Positions 17,368-27,701 of a stretch of DNA of 64,000 nucleotides are shown here, one piece after another. A program made the translations under genes and the position numbers. This stretch comes from Gemmatimonas sp. Its GTDB lineage: Bacteria; Gemmatimonadota; Gemmatimonadetes; Gemmatimonadales; Gemmatimonadaceae. The stretch lies in assembly GCA_031414535.1 (NCBI GenBank), contig JANNVQ010000029.1:175448-239447 (forward strand), written 5' to 3'. Every line of letters begins with the position of its first letter. Positions within the stretch are counted from its first letter, which is position 1. The notes beneath the pieces are model-generated. The model saw nothing but the letters and a program-made list of their open reading frames with translations. It was not told the DNA's origin and searched no databases.

Positions 17368-20300
17368 TCATGGAACGGGTGGTGCCGGCGGCAAGAGGAT
17401 GGCCGGCAGTCTTAGGCCCGCCACCGCCGCGTTCACCGCCGCCACATCGCGATTCACGATTGTTAGCCACTCCTGACGGAGGCGCTCCCAAGTTACCGCC
17501 AGCTCGCGATACCGCTCCATCGCGCCCGCCGTCGGCGCGCCCTCGGCACCGCCAGAGATGTAGCCGTGTGCCCCGGTGAGGTTGCCGTAGAGTTCCGCCC
17601 ATTGGTTATCGAGCATGCCGGCGTGGCGAATCGGATCCTGCCCACTCTTGCTGGCTGGCTGCGTGAGCCGCTGTTCAAGGCGGCCGAGTTTCATCTGCAG
17701 CGTGTCGGTGAGAGGCCAAACTTCGGTCGCTGCACCAACGGCATCGGCGGCGCTGCGGAGGCGTGCTTGCTGCGCCCGAACGTCGCGCAAATCTCGGAGC
17801 ACTCTGTTCAACGACTCCATCGAATCGCGCACGGCCACTGCCATACGGAACTGCTCGGCGTACTGCGCGGCCGTCACATTCGGCAACCGAGGGTCGGGCA
17901 GCACGCGCATAGTCCGACGCTCCGTCACCGAGCCCGCCCGCAGCTCAAGTGTGTAGTCTCCCGGCGGCGCCTTCACGCCATCGGTGTATCCCCAGACGAC
18001 GACGCTATCCAAGCGACTAGGACCTGGATACTTGAGGTCCCACACCAGACGGTGGAGTCCCTTGGTGGTGGCGAGCCGCGGCTGACCCAGCTTTCGCGCC
18101 CGCGCGCTGTCCGGCGTGAAGCGGCGCACGACGGTGCCACGCGCATCGCGAATCTCCAGCGACAGCGTGGAGTCCGCTGCTGCGCCGAGCCAGTAGTGCA
18201 CCGCGGCACCGTCATCTGGCTGATCGGCGAGTTGCGGCACAGGGTCAAAGGGATCTACTCCACGCTGTGCGCGCACCGCGTCCTGCGGTGGCACGAGCCG
18301 CGCCGGCGCCGACGCAAATGCTGACACGTCGCGCAGTGCACTCAAGTCATCAATGATCCACAGCGAGCGACCCTGCGTGGCCATCACAAGATCGTCCACG
18401 CGGGCGTCGATGTCGGCAATCGGCGTGACGGGGAGGCGTCCCGGAAACTTCTGCCAGCGCGCTCCGGCATCGAGCGACACGAACAATCCGTACTCGGTGC
18501 CCGCGTAGAGGAGATTCGGTACGCGCACATCCTCGGCAAACGACCGCAGAGGATGGTCCGCCGGAATGCCGTCCGCAGTGTTGGCCAACTGCCGCCAGCT
18601 CCGCCCCCCGTCATCGCTGCGGAATAGGTAGGGCCGGAAATCATCGAGCCGGTACGCCTGCGCCGCCACGTACACGCGCTGCGGCAAATGGCGCGACACG
18701 ACGATCTCCTCAACCGTGCCGAAGCGCGGCATCCCCGGCGGCGTCACATCAGTCCATGTTGCGCCGGCGTCGCGTGTGACGTGCACGCGTCCGTCGTCAC
18801 TGCCCGCCCAGAGGCTGCGCGCATCGCGCGAGTCCTCAGCCAAGGCGAACACCGTGTTGTACATCTCTACGCCGGTGATGTCGCGGTTAATTGGCCCACC
18901 ACTGTGTACTTGGTGCGCCGCCGTGTTGGTGGTGAGGTCCGGCGAGATCTGCTCCCAACGCATGCCGCCGTCGCGGGTGCGGAGGACCACCTGCGACGCG
19001 TGGTACACCGTGTTCGCATCGTGCTGCGAAACGAGAATCGGCGCCACCCACTGGAACCGATGCTTCAGTTCGTTGCCGGCCTGCCCCAGCTGCAGCTGCG
19101 GATACGCCACCACGTTGCGCCGTTCGTCTGTTGCGGTATCCCAACGGTTGATGGCGCCGCCATAGCAGCCGCCCCAGATGATGCGAGGGTTCGCTCGGTC
19201 GAGCGCCACTGGGCCCGTCTCGCAGCCCGCGGCGTAGTTGTAGTCGGTAAACGGATGCAACGAATGCGGTGACGACCACGCCGGCACGCTGATCGTCGTA
19301 TTGTCCTGCTGCGCCGTGTACGCGCGGTAGGGAAACGCGTTGTCTGTAATGACGTCATAAAACTCCGACGTCGGCTGGTTCCAATACGTGGACCAGGTGC
19401 GTCCGCGGTTCACCGACACCTGTGCGCCGCCGTCATTGGCCACCACCATCGCCTGCTTGTTCGCCGGGTTAATCCACAGGTCGTGCACGTCACCATGCGG
19501 CACGGGAACGTTCACGAAGGTGCGTCCGCCATCAATGGACTTGAGCAGTGACGTGTTCAACACGTACACCACGTTCTCGTCGGTTGGGTCAGCGCGGATA
19601 TGCGTGTAGTACCACGCACGCTGGCGCAGTCCGTTGTCGCTGTTGGTACGCGCCCAGGTCTGGCCGCCGTCGTCGCTGCGGTACACGCCGCCTGCCGGCT
19701 CCGCTTCGATGATGGCATACACGCGATCGGGATTCGCCGGCGATACGCTGAGCCCAATCTTCCCCACCATTCCGGTGGGAAGCCCGCCGCCGAGTTTGGT
19801 CCAGGTGTCGCCGCCGTCTGCGGAGCGCCAGACGCCGCCTTCTGAGGAGCCTGAGATGAGCGTCCACGGCTTACGCTCAGCGCGCCACATGGCGGCGAAG
19901 AGAATCCGTGGATTCCGTGGATTCATCGCGATGTCGGAAGCGCCCGTCGAATCGTTCAAGAACAGCACCTTCTGCCACGACGTCCCGCCGTCCTTGGTGC
20001 GGTAGATGCCGCGCTCGGCGTTGCGACCAAACGGCCGTCCCAACACGGCGGCGTAGGCTACAGCGGCATCACTCGGATGCACGACGATGCGCCCAATCTG
20101 ACCAGACTCCACGAGCGGCATCCGCGACCAGTTGCGGCCGGCATCGGTAGAGCGCCACGCGCCGCGGCCCTGCGAGGAATTTCCGCGGATGTCAATGGAA
20201 CCCTCGCCGACGTACATCACGTTGGGATCGCTCGGCGCAACCGCCACCGCGCCGATGGCGCCACCGAAGAACCGATCCGAGATGTTCTGCCACGTATGGC

Positions 20301-20577
20301 CCGCGTCGTCGGTGCGCCACACACCGCCGCCCGTCGTCCCCATATAGAAAGTGTTCGGCTCGGAGGCGACGCCCGTTACTGATGTTGAGCGGCCCCCGCG
20401 AAACGGTCCGAGCATGCGCACGCGCATCGCCGACATCGCCAGGGATTCCGCGGCGACGACTGGCGTAGCTGCGAGCGCACTCGTGGTTGCTGGCGGAGTG
20501 CGTCGCTGCGCGGGAGCGACGGCGGGGAGCAGTAGCGTGGCGCAGATAGCTAGGAGGCGATACATGGGTCGCGTCAT
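17368..20577 (-). CDS. Exported BNR/Asp-box (VPS10-like) beta-propeller protein, putative glycosyl hydrolase
   Basis: Signal peptide; GPFRGGRS; about 11 S/T-x-D-x-G-x-T/S-W Asp-boxes; LVWDL and PPGDY in the C-terminal domain; coiled-coil tail. Confidence 0.88.
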   Translation of the reverse strand: MTRPMYRLLAICATLLLPAVAPAQRRTPPATTSALAATPVVAAESLAMSAMRVRMLGPFRGGRSTSVTGVASEPNTFYMGTTGGGVWRTDDAGHTWQNISDRFFGGAIGAVAVAPSDPNVMYVGEGSIDIRGNSSQGRGAWRSTDAGRNWSRMPLVESGQIGRIVVHPSDAAVAYAAVLGRPFGRNAERGIYRTKDGGTSWQKVLFLNDSTGASDIAMNPRNPRILFAAMWRAERKPWTLISGSSEGGVWRSADGGDTWTKLGGGLPTGMVGKIGLSVSPANPDRVYAIIEAEPAGGVYRSDDGGQTWARTNSDNGLRQRAWYYTHIRADPTDENVVYVLNTSLLKSIDGGRTFVNVPVPHGDVHDLWINPANKQAMVVANDGGAQVSVNRGRTWSTYWNQPTSEFYDVITDNAFPYRAYTAQQDNTTISVPAWSSPHSLHPFTDYNYAAGCETGPVALDRANPRIIWGGCYGGAINRWDTATDERRNVVAYPQLQLGQAGNELKHRFQWVAPILVSQHDANTVYHASQVVLRTRDGGMRWEQISPDLTTNTAAHQVHSGGPINRDITGVEMYNTVFALAEDSRDARSLWAGSDDGRVHVTRDAGATWTDVTPPGMPRFGTVEEIVVSRHLPQRVYVAAQAYRLDDFRPYLFRSDDGGRSWRQLANTADGIPADHPLRSFAEDVRVPNLLYAGTEYGLFVSLDAGARWQKFPGRLPVTPIADIDARVDDLVMATQGRSLWIIDDLSALRDVSAFASAPARLVPPQDAVRAQRGVDPFDPVPQLADQPDDGAAVHYWLGAAADSTLSLEIRDARGTVVRRFTPDSARARKLGQPRLATTKGLHRLVWDLKYPGPSRLDSVVVWGYTDGVKAPPGDYTLELRAGSVTERRTMRVLPDPRLPNVTAAQYAEQFRMAVAVRDSMESLNRVLRDLRDVRAQQARLRSAADAVGAATEVWPLTDTLQMKLGRLEQRLTQPASKSGQDPIRHAGMLDNQWAELYGNLTGAHGYISGGAEGAPTAGAMERYRELAVTWERLRQEWLTIVNRDVAAVNAAVAGLRLPAILLPPAPPVP

Positions 20578-20636
20578 TGGTGGGGACTAAGGAAAATTGC
20601 GTACATCAATCGTGCGTGATCGAACAAGATGTGCTG

Positions 20637-21470
20637 CTATCGCTCCGCCTTCCACGCATCGTAGCGCATGCGCAGTGTCTTCACCGGATTGGCGAACTCC
20701 TCGCGGGTGATGTTCTCGTCGGTCACGTCAATCACCTTCACGTAGGTGCCGTTGTTGTACGACGCACCATCTGTCGAGGTTCTGTCGGCAATCGCAATGT
20801 AGGCCACGTGGGCGGTGCGCTGCGTGCACGCGTTCACGGTTTCTGGCACCGGCGGCGTCGTGCAGGTGCAACGGCGATCGCCTCCAGCAGCGTCGGCGGC
20901 CTCCATCGCGGCCATGACGCGATCTTCCAACTCACCACTGGCTCCCTCAAACGCCCGCACCGCCGACTGCACCACCTCGTTGGACGCCAGAATGTTGCCT
21001 TGAATAGCGTAGAAGATTTCGGTTCCGGGAACCTGCCCCTGCACGGAGAGTGAGGCGGCGAGATTGCGGGCGCCTGAGAATCCGGCTACGCGCCCCTGCA
21101 AATCAATGATCCCAAACTGCCGCGTTTGAATGCCAGGGTCCGTCATCAACTGCGCAAGGATTTCTGAGGGATGCGTGCCCTTTCTCAATTCGCCGTGAAT
21201 CAACGATTGATTGGCGCGCGTGCGGTCCACGCCGGCTTGAGCTGCGGCCACGCCAAATCCTGGTGCGATGATAGCCTGTACGTCCATCAGCCCGCTCGAC
21301 GGGAAACCCCGCAACGCAGTCTGCGAAACACAGGTGGCGGAAGAGACGACCATGCGCCCTGTCGCGCGGTTGAGAGCAACCACCGACCACGTGGCGTGGG
21401 CCAGCGAGGGAGCACTCGCAAGTGTCAGGACCGCCGCGATTACGGCGCGAAGAGCAGAGAGATGACGCAT
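20637..21470 (-). CDS. DUF1028 (Ntn-hydrolase-like) exported protein
   Basis: Signal peptide ending AHA followed by TWSVV (N-terminal Thr); RQFGIID, QGNIL, AMEAADAAGGDRRC. Confidence 0.8.
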   Translation of the reverse strand: MRHLSALRAVIAAVLTLASAPSLAHATWSVVALNRATGRMVVSSATCVSQTALRGFPSSGLMDVQAIIAPGFGVAAAQAGVDRTRANQSLIHGELRKGTHPSEILAQLMTDPGIQTRQFGIIDLQGRVAGFSGARNLAASLSVQGQVPGTEIFYAIQGNILASNEVVQSAVRAFEGASGELEDRVMAAMEAADAAGGDRRCTCTTPPVPETVNACTQRTAHVAYIAIADRTSTDGASYNNGTYVKVIDVTDENITREEFANPVKTLRMRYDAWKAER

Positions 21471-21623
21471 CGGGTTCCTCAGGAGGTTCGACAACAGGGG
21501 AGTCTACGAGGTCGGCCCCTTCGCCGCCAATAGCCCACTTGACGCCCAGCTCCCAAACGGTACGCTCGGACGGTTCAAACCCGCCCTGCACGTGCCTGCA
21601 CTAAGCAACGCCGCCGAGCAACT

Positions 21624-21887
21624 CCGATCCGTTCGGTGCGGAATCTCGAGGTCGTCTACGGCGACGTGATCCTCGCGCTGCGCGGTGTGCGCCTCGATGT
21701 GGGTCGCGACCGAATCGTCGCCTTGCTCGGGGCCAATGGTGCGGGGAAGACCTCCATACTCCGCGCCGTCCATTGTCCGACGCTGGAGGATTTGCCGGCC
21801 CAAACCGCGCCGCGCTCGCGGCCGGCGCAATGGCCGACGAGTTCAAGCGAACGCCGCGCTGAGTTTCACGGGCGTTCGCATAGCTAG
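21624..21887 (+). pseudogene. Remnant of a branched-chain amino acid ABC ATPase (LivF-like), N-terminal about 45 aa only
   Basis: PIRSVRNLEVVYGDVILALRGVRLDV...IVALLGANGAGKTSILRA (Walker A), then unrelated sequence with no Q-loop, signature or Walker B. Confidence 0.75.
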
Positions 21888-23188
21888 AGCATGCCCGATA
21901 GCATCGTCGCAATCCCCAGAAAACTCGCGAAGCCCACAATGTCCGTGACCGTTGTGAGAATGATCGAGGACGACTGCGCGGGATCCTGTCCGATTTTGGT
22001 AAGCCCCACGGGCACGAGCACGCCCGCGATGCCCGCCGAGAGCATCGAGATAATCATCGAGATGCCGATCACAAGTGCTAGTCCTGTGGAACGGCTCCAC
22101 ACGAAGACGCCGAGGCTGGTAGTGAGCGCGACGGCAATTCCATTCAGGAGCGCTACACCGGCCTCCTTGCGCACCACTTGCAACCACTGGCCAATCCGGA
22201 TTTCGCGCATCGCGAGCCCACGCATCGTCACCGCCAGCGCTTGCGCGCCGGTATTTCCTGACTGACCGGCGACAACGGGCAGCAGAACCGCAAGCGCCGT
22301 GAAACGGGCGATCGTCCCTTCGAATATCCCCACCACTGAAGCGGCGAGAAACGCAGTTGCGAGATTGATTTCCAGCCAAGGCAGTCGCTTGCGCACCGCG
22401 AACGAGACGGGCGAGAGTGCGCGCTCCTGACGGCTCGCGCCAACCATCGAGAGCATATCGGCGGCAGCGTCTTCCTGCGCGGTCTTGGCAAGCGTATCGT
22501 GCCGAATCACGCCGATCAGCCGCCCCTCGAAATCGACCACTGGAAGGCTCGCAAGTCGCTGATTGGTGAACAGTTCAACGACCTCTTCCTGCGGGTCAAT
22601 GGCCTGCACCATCACGGCCGGCTGCACGAGCGATTCCACCATCGCCGTAGGCTCCGCCAGCGCCAGTTGCTGCAGCGAGACGGTTCCGGTCACGCGCCTT
22701 TCATCATCCGTGAAGAACACGTCAGAGATGCGGCGCGTACGGGCAGCGCGCAGACGTACCAGCGCTTGCTGCACCGTAGTGCCTGGTCGGAAGCCTTTGG
22801 CGCGAGGGTCCATCAAGCGGCCTGCGGTCTCGGCCGGGTACTCGGCCATCATACGAAGCTCGCGCGCGAGACCAGGCTCCAACTGCGTGAGTACCTCGTC
22901 GCGCGGAGCGTCATCCAACCAGCCAAGGATGGCCACCACACGCATCGGCTCCATCCCCGCGAGCACGAGACGCTGCGAATCGGGAGACATCTCTTCAAGC
23001 ACCGCTGCCGCGATGTTCGGCTCGAGCCGCTCCATCAAGGGAATGGCGTGGCGCACCGGTTCAGCGCGAATCAGCCGAACAATCTCGCGCACGGGCAGAT
23101 CGTCGAGGCGACGCGTGGCTTCGTCGGGGAACTCGCGTAGGAACGTGCGCGCGAGCTTGGCGAATCCTGTCGATGCGTCACTTGGCAT
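21884..23188 (-). CDS. mgtE: Magnesium transporter MgtE
   Basis: MgtE_N helical domain, YPAETAGRLM CBS pair, RLPWL, GQSGNTGAQA, ILTTVTD, five TM helices. Confidence 0.92.
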   Translation of the reverse strand: MPSDASTGFAKLARTFLREFPDEATRRLDDLPVREIVRLIRAEPVRHAIPLMERLEPNIAAAVLEEMSPDSQRLVLAGMEPMRVVAILGWLDDAPRDEVLTQLEPGLARELRMMAEYPAETAGRLMDPRAKGFRPGTTVQQALVRLRAARTRRISDVFFTDDERRVTGTVSLQQLALAEPTAMVESLVQPAVMVQAIDPQEEVVELFTNQRLASLPVVDFEGRLIGVIRHDTLAKTAQEDAAADMLSMVGASRQERALSPVSFAVRKRLPWLEINLATAFLAASVVGIFEGTIARFTALAVLLPVVAGQSGNTGAQALAVTMRGLAMREIRIGQWLQVVRKEAGVALLNGIAVALTTSLGVFVWSRSTGLALVIGISMIISMLSAGIAGVLVPVGLTKIGQDPAQSSSIILTTVTDIVGFASFLGIATMLSGML

Positions 23189-24065
23189 CGACAGGCTCCT
23201 CAGGCGGTTCGTCGTGTGTCGAGGTTATCACCGGACTGTCGAGATCCCGTCTGGCGCCGGCCGTTGCTGCTATGCCAGCCACAAGTCCGTCGGTGCCAAG
23301 TTGGAAGAGTTCTGCCAGCGCGCCCGCCGTGAGTTGCGCCGGAGCCGGGCCGCGTCCGGCAGCATCACGCTCAAGCCGTCGGAGCGTCTGATAGCGAATA
23401 GCCCCGAGGAGCCGATCCTCGTCGTCCACAACAGGGAGCGCGTGGTAGCTTTGCCAGGCCGCGTGCTCACGCACGAGCGCGACCGGCGCGAGGACGTTTA
23501 CCCGATCAACGTCGCGGTGCATCGTGGCGCTCACGGGGTCGCGCGGGCGCGCGAGCATCAACTCGGGAATATCGAGAACGCCGACAAGCCGATGCTCGCG
23601 ATCCACGATGTACACATAGTAGAGAAGTTCTCTCGCCGCGCGCGTCAGGCGCCCTCTTGCGTCAGCGACCAGGACGTCGTCAGGCAAACGAAATACGGTG
23701 GGATCCATCACCGCACCGGCTGTCCCGGGCGTGTAGGAAAGCACCGACTGAATTTGGTTGCGTGCGTCCTCTGAGAGCTCGGCAAGTAACGACTCGCGCT
23801 GCGCCAACTGCATCGCCCGGAGAACCACCACCGCATCCGCTATGCTCAATGCAGTAACAATGGCCGGTGCTTTGTCCCCGAGATGCATTAGGCATTCGGA
23901 CGCGAAGGACACATTCATCCCGCGTACGACCGTCGCGGCTAGTGTTGCGGGGACCGCCCCAAGGACCGCTGCTGCCTGCGTAGCCGGCGACTGCTCAAGC
24001 GTCATCGCCGCGCGCTCGGGGTGCGCCTCCAAAAAGCCGCGCGCAATGTGCGCCTCGGCGATCAC
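23178..24065 (-). CDS. Soluble MgtE-N/CBS-pair protein without the TM domain
   Basis: YTPGTAGAVMD, YVYIVDREHRLVGVL, LPVVDDEDRLLGAI; no MgtE membrane domain. Confidence 0.82.
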   Translation of the reverse strand: MIAEAHIARGFLEAHPERAAMTLEQSPATQAAAVLGAVPATLAATVVRGMNVSFASECLMHLGDKAPAIVTALSIADAVVVLRAMQLAQRESLLAELSEDARNQIQSVLSYTPGTAGAVMDPTVFRLPDDVLVADARGRLTRAARELLYYVYIVDREHRLVGVLDIPELMLARPRDPVSATMHRDVDRVNVLAPVALVREHAAWQSYHALPVVDDEDRLLGAIRYQTLRRLERDAAGRGPAPAQLTAGALAELFQLGTDGLVAGIAATAGARRDLDSPVITSTHDEPPEEPVDAK

Positions 24066-24892
24066 GGTACGTCTCGCTTAATCAGCAGTAAGGCCGGCAT
24101 CTCAGTGAACTGCTTGGCGGGGACGCTCATCCGCCCTTCCGGCGTCTCGATGACAACCGCCGTGGCTGTGAGTTCGGCAATCGTCCCCTCAACGTCGCCA
24201 ATCCGGATGGCCTGCCCAACCTCAAACGATTTCCGAAGGTAGTGCGAGCCAATGATGTTACTGATTGCGGTCCGCGCGCCAAGACCGAACGCGAGCGCGA
24301 AGCCTCCGAGCAGCGCGGCGAGCGCGACGGAAAAGAACGCGGTGAGAATCCCGGTCTCCACGCCCAGTTCGGCCACGGCAATCAGAACAGCCGACACAAT
24401 CACCGCAATCCGCACCAACTGCCCGAGTCCAGCGCCGAAGGTGCTTCCCGCTCCCACCGCGGTGGCGCTGATGGTCCCGCGTGCGATGTTGCCAACCACA
24501 AGTCCAATGACCACGATCAACACGGCCGCAAACACCCGCGGTACGAAATCGGCCACGCTGTCCACCACGGCACTCAGCAACGGAATGCCGATTGCGTCAG
24601 CCGAAGTCGCCACGAAGAACAGAATGACGGCCCAGGAGACCACGCTCCCTGCAATTTCGGAAACGTCCCGTTCGCCTGTGGTGCCAGGAATCGTCGTGCG
24701 GAACGAGCGCCCAGGGACCGCTCTGCCAAGTGCTCCGAAAAGGCGCACCGTAAGCCGCCTCAGGAGCACGGCTAGCGCCACGCCGAGCGCGAGGAGTACG
24801 ACGGCAGTGAGAAGTTTGGACTGATTGGCGGCGAGCCATCCGCCGACGTCCGCGACCGACTGTCGCACATCGGTGGGAAGCGTGGTCTGCAT
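24062..24892 (-). CDS. MscS-family/CmpX-like membrane protein
   Basis: Several TM helices; ALAFGLGARTAISNIIG, FEVGQAIRIGDVEGTI, VP motif; ATG at 24892. Confidence 0.8.
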   Translation of the reverse strand: MQTTLPTDVRQSVADVGGWLAANQSKLLTAVVLLALGVALAVLLRRLTVRLFGALGRAVPGRSFRTTIPGTTGERDVSEIAGSVVSWAVILFFVATSADAIGIPLLSAVVDSVADFVPRVFAAVLIVVIGLVVGNIARGTISATAVGAGSTFGAGLGQLVRIAVIVSAVLIAVAELGVETGILTAFFSVALAALLGGFALAFGLGARTAISNIIGSHYLRKSFEVGQAIRIGDVEGTIAELTATAVVIETPEGRMSVPAKQFTEMPALLLIKRDVP

Positions 24893-25037
24893 GAGAGCTC
24901 CGGGTGTCGGCCAATGGGCGCTCTCGCAGTATGCAGGCGCGCACGGGGAGGCGCCACCATAGGGCCCAAAACGATCGCCCACCTTGCTTCGCGTACGGTC
25001 ACGAATTTCAGGACCCGGGGGTAGTTTCCTTATACCG

Positions 25038-27701
25038 ATGCCTTCTCCCCATACTCCTCTACACGCGGACGTCCGTCTGCTCGGCGAACTCCTTGGCGCC
25101 ACTCTGCGTGAGCAGGAGGGCGACGCGTTGTTCGCAACCGTAGAACAGGTGCGGGCCTTGGCCAAGGATGCGCGTGCGGGGCGGGGATCGCGAGAGGAAC
25201 TCACTCGCACATTGCAGCGGCTGTCGGTGCCAGAGGCGTTGAACGTGGCCCGTGCCTTCGCGCATTTTTTGGGCCTCGCGAATATCGCCGAACAGCACCA
25301 CCGCATTCGCCGCCGTCGCGACTACCTCCGCGCGCCGGACGAGCCGCCGCAGCGGGGCTCGCTCGCGGAGAGCTTCCCGCGACTGCTCGCCGCGGGTATC
25401 TCCCCTGACGCTCTGCGCGATGCGGTTGAGTCGCTCCACGTAGAGCTGGTCATCACAGCGCATCCCACCGAAGTGGTGCGACGCACGGTGAGGCGCACGC
25501 AGCGTCGCATTGCGGAGCTTCTGGCTGAACGTGACCGCAAGGACCTCACGCCGGGTGAACGCGAGGAGTTGACCCGCGCGCTCGCTGCGGAGATCACCTC
25601 GCTGTGGCTCACGAATGAAGTGCGGCGCGAGGCGCCCACGCCCATTGATGAAGTGAAGTGGGGCCTGGTCGCATTTGAGCAAACCCTGTGGGACGCCCTG
25701 CCGCGCTCCCTCGGCGAGATGGACCGGGCGTTGCAGGCGGCCACTGGCGCGGGACTCCCGCTCGAGGCTGCACCCATTCGCTTTGGCTCATGGATTGGGG
25801 GCGATCGAGATGGAAACCCCAACGTCACGGCCTTGGTCACCGCGCAGGCGGTGATGCTCGCACGTTGGATGGGCGCAGATCTGTACCGAAAGGAGATTGA
25901 ACTGCTGCGCGCTGAGCTTTCCATGCACAGCGCAAGCGCTGAACTGCGCGCAGTCCTCGACGATGCGTCCGCGCCGGAACCCTACCGCGTGCTGCTCAAG
26001 CCAGTGGTCGAGCGGCTGTATGCGATGCGTGACCGGATGGCATCTCTCGTAGCCCAGGGTGCGCCCTACACGCCGCATGCAGCAGATTACGAAGACGTCG
26101 AGTCACTCGCGGAGCCTCTGCGGCTCTGCTATCGCTCGTTGCACGAGACGGGCGCTGCGCGCGTGGCAGAGGGGCGCCTGCTCGACATCCTGCGTCGCAT
26201 CCCAACGTTTGGGCTCTCGTTGGTGCGGCTCGACCTACGTCAGGAGGCCAGTCGTCACACCGACGCGATTGATGCCATCACACAAGCGGCTGGGCTGGGC
26301 TCGTACGCCGCGTGGGACGAACCCGCACGCCAAGAGTTCCTGCGCGGAGAGCTGAGCGCTGATACGCAGGTTATTCGCGCGGCGATCGCGGCGCGTACGA
26401 GGTTCGGCACGGACGTGGACGACGTGCTTGAATCGCTGCGCACTGCCGCGACCCTCCCGCGCGATGCGCTCGGAGCCTACGTCATCTCCATGGCCGCGCG
26501 GCCTTCGGACGTCCTGGCGGTGCGAGCCTTGCAAGAAGGTGCTGGGCTCTCGAACCCGCTGCGCGTGGTCCCGCTCTTTGAGACGGTCGATGACCTGCAG
26601 CACTCGGCGAGCGTGGTGGACGCGCTGCTGTCACTGTCGTGGTACCGCGAGCGCGTGGGTACTGCGATTGAAGTGATGATCGGCTACTCCGACTCGGCGA
26701 AGGATGGCGGGCGGCTCGCCGCTGCCTGGGAGCTGTACGCGGCTCAGGAGCGCCTCGTGACGGTGGCGCACAGGCACGGCGTCCGCCTCACGCTGTTTCA
26801 CGGACGCGGCGGCTCGGTGGGTCGTGGCGGAGGCCCCACGCATCTAGCGATTCAGTCGCAACCGCCGGGCTCGATTGATGCGACCATCCGCGTCACGGAG
26901 CAGGGCGAGATGGTGGACGCGAAGTTTGGGCTCCCTGCCATCGCCGAACGTACCCTCGAGGTGTACACGACAGCCACGTTGGAGGCCTCGTTGCTCGATG
27001 CCGCCGCATTGCCCGACGCATGGCGCACTCTAATGCAGGCGCTGGCCGACGGCTCACGAGCGCACTTTCGACACATCGTCTACGAGACGCCGGAGTTCAT
27101 TGAGTATTTCCGAACCGCCACGCCAGAACCTGAGCTTGGTCGCCTTCGCATCGGGAGTCGTCCTGCGCGACGTGGCAGCGGCGGCGGTGTGCGTTCGCTG
27201 CGGGCGATCCCTTGGGTCTTTGCATGGACCCAAACGCGCCTGATGCTTCCTTCGTGGCTGGGTGTGGGTGCCGCGCTGGAAGACGCGCTGAAGGCGGGAC
27301 ACGCCAGCGAACTGCGGGCAATGTATAAAGGCTGGCCGTTTTTTCGTTCAACGCTCGATCTCATCGAGATGGTCGTAGCCAAAGCATCGCCAGAGATCAC
27401 GGCGGTATACGATGCCGCGCTGGTCCCCGATGCACTGCGCCCGCTCGGGGTTGCGCTACGCGAGGACTTGGCGCGCACGGAGCGCAGCCTTCTCCAGGTG
27501 ACCGGCCACACACAGGTGCTTGAAGGGAACCCCGTCTTGCGACGTTCGATTGACGTACGGAATCCCTACGTCGACCCAATCAACTTGGTGCAGGCCGAAG
27601 TCTTGAGGCGACTGCGTGAACCAGGTGCTGACCCCGCGCTATTCGATGCGTTTTTGAGTACGGTAAACGGTGTGGCAGCTGGGATGCGCAACACGGGCTA
27701 A
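25038..27701 (+). CDS. ppc: Phosphoenolpyruvate carboxylase
   Basis: VITAHPTE, SWIGGDRDGNP, VPLFET, VMIGYSDSAKDGG, FHGRGGSVGRGG, LRAIPWVFAWTQTR, C-terminal GMRNTG. Confidence 0.98.
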   Translation: MPSPHTPLHADVRLLGELLGATLREQEGDALFATVEQVRALAKDARAGRGSREELTRTLQRLSVPEALNVARAFAHFLGLANIAEQHHRIRRRRDYLRAPDEPPQRGSLAESFPRLLAAGISPDALRDAVESLHVELVITAHPTEVVRRTVRRTQRRIAELLAERDRKDLTPGEREELTRALAAEITSLWLTNEVRREAPTPIDEVKWGLVAFEQTLWDALPRSLGEMDRALQAATGAGLPLEAAPIRFGSWIGGDRDGNPNVTALVTAQAVMLARWMGADLYRKEIELLRAELSMHSASAELRAVLDDASAPEPYRVLLKPVVERLYAMRDRMASLVAQGAPYTPHAADYEDVESLAEPLRLCYRSLHETGAARVAEGRLLDILRRIPTFGLSLVRLDLRQEASRHTDAIDAITQAAGLGSYAAWDEPARQEFLRGELSADTQVIRAAIAARTRFGTDVDDVLESLRTAATLPRDALGAYVISMAARPSDVLAVRALQEGAGLSNPLRVVPLFETVDDLQHSASVVDALLSLSWYRERVGTAIEVMIGYSDSAKDGGRLAAAWELYAAQERLVTVAHRHGVRLTLFHGRGGSVGRGGGPTHLAIQSQPPGSIDATIRVTEQGEMVDAKFGLPAIAERTLEVYTTATLEASLLDAAALPDAWRTLMQALADGSRAHFRHIVYETPEFIEYFRTATPEPELGRLRIGSRPARRGSGGGVRSLRAIPWVFAWTQTRLMLPSWLGVGAALEDALKAGHASELRAMYKGWPFFRSTLDLIEMVVAKASPEITAVYDAALVPDALRPLGVALREDLARTERSLLQVTGHTQVLEGNPVLRRSIDVRNPYVDPINLVQAEVLRRLREPGADPALFDAFLSTVNGVAAGMRNTG

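Noticed and set aside
17368..20577. Periodic sequence similarity suggesting a DNA repeat array or CRISPR
   Set aside because: The periodicity comes from protein-level Asp-box repeats; there are no identical spaced DNA repeats
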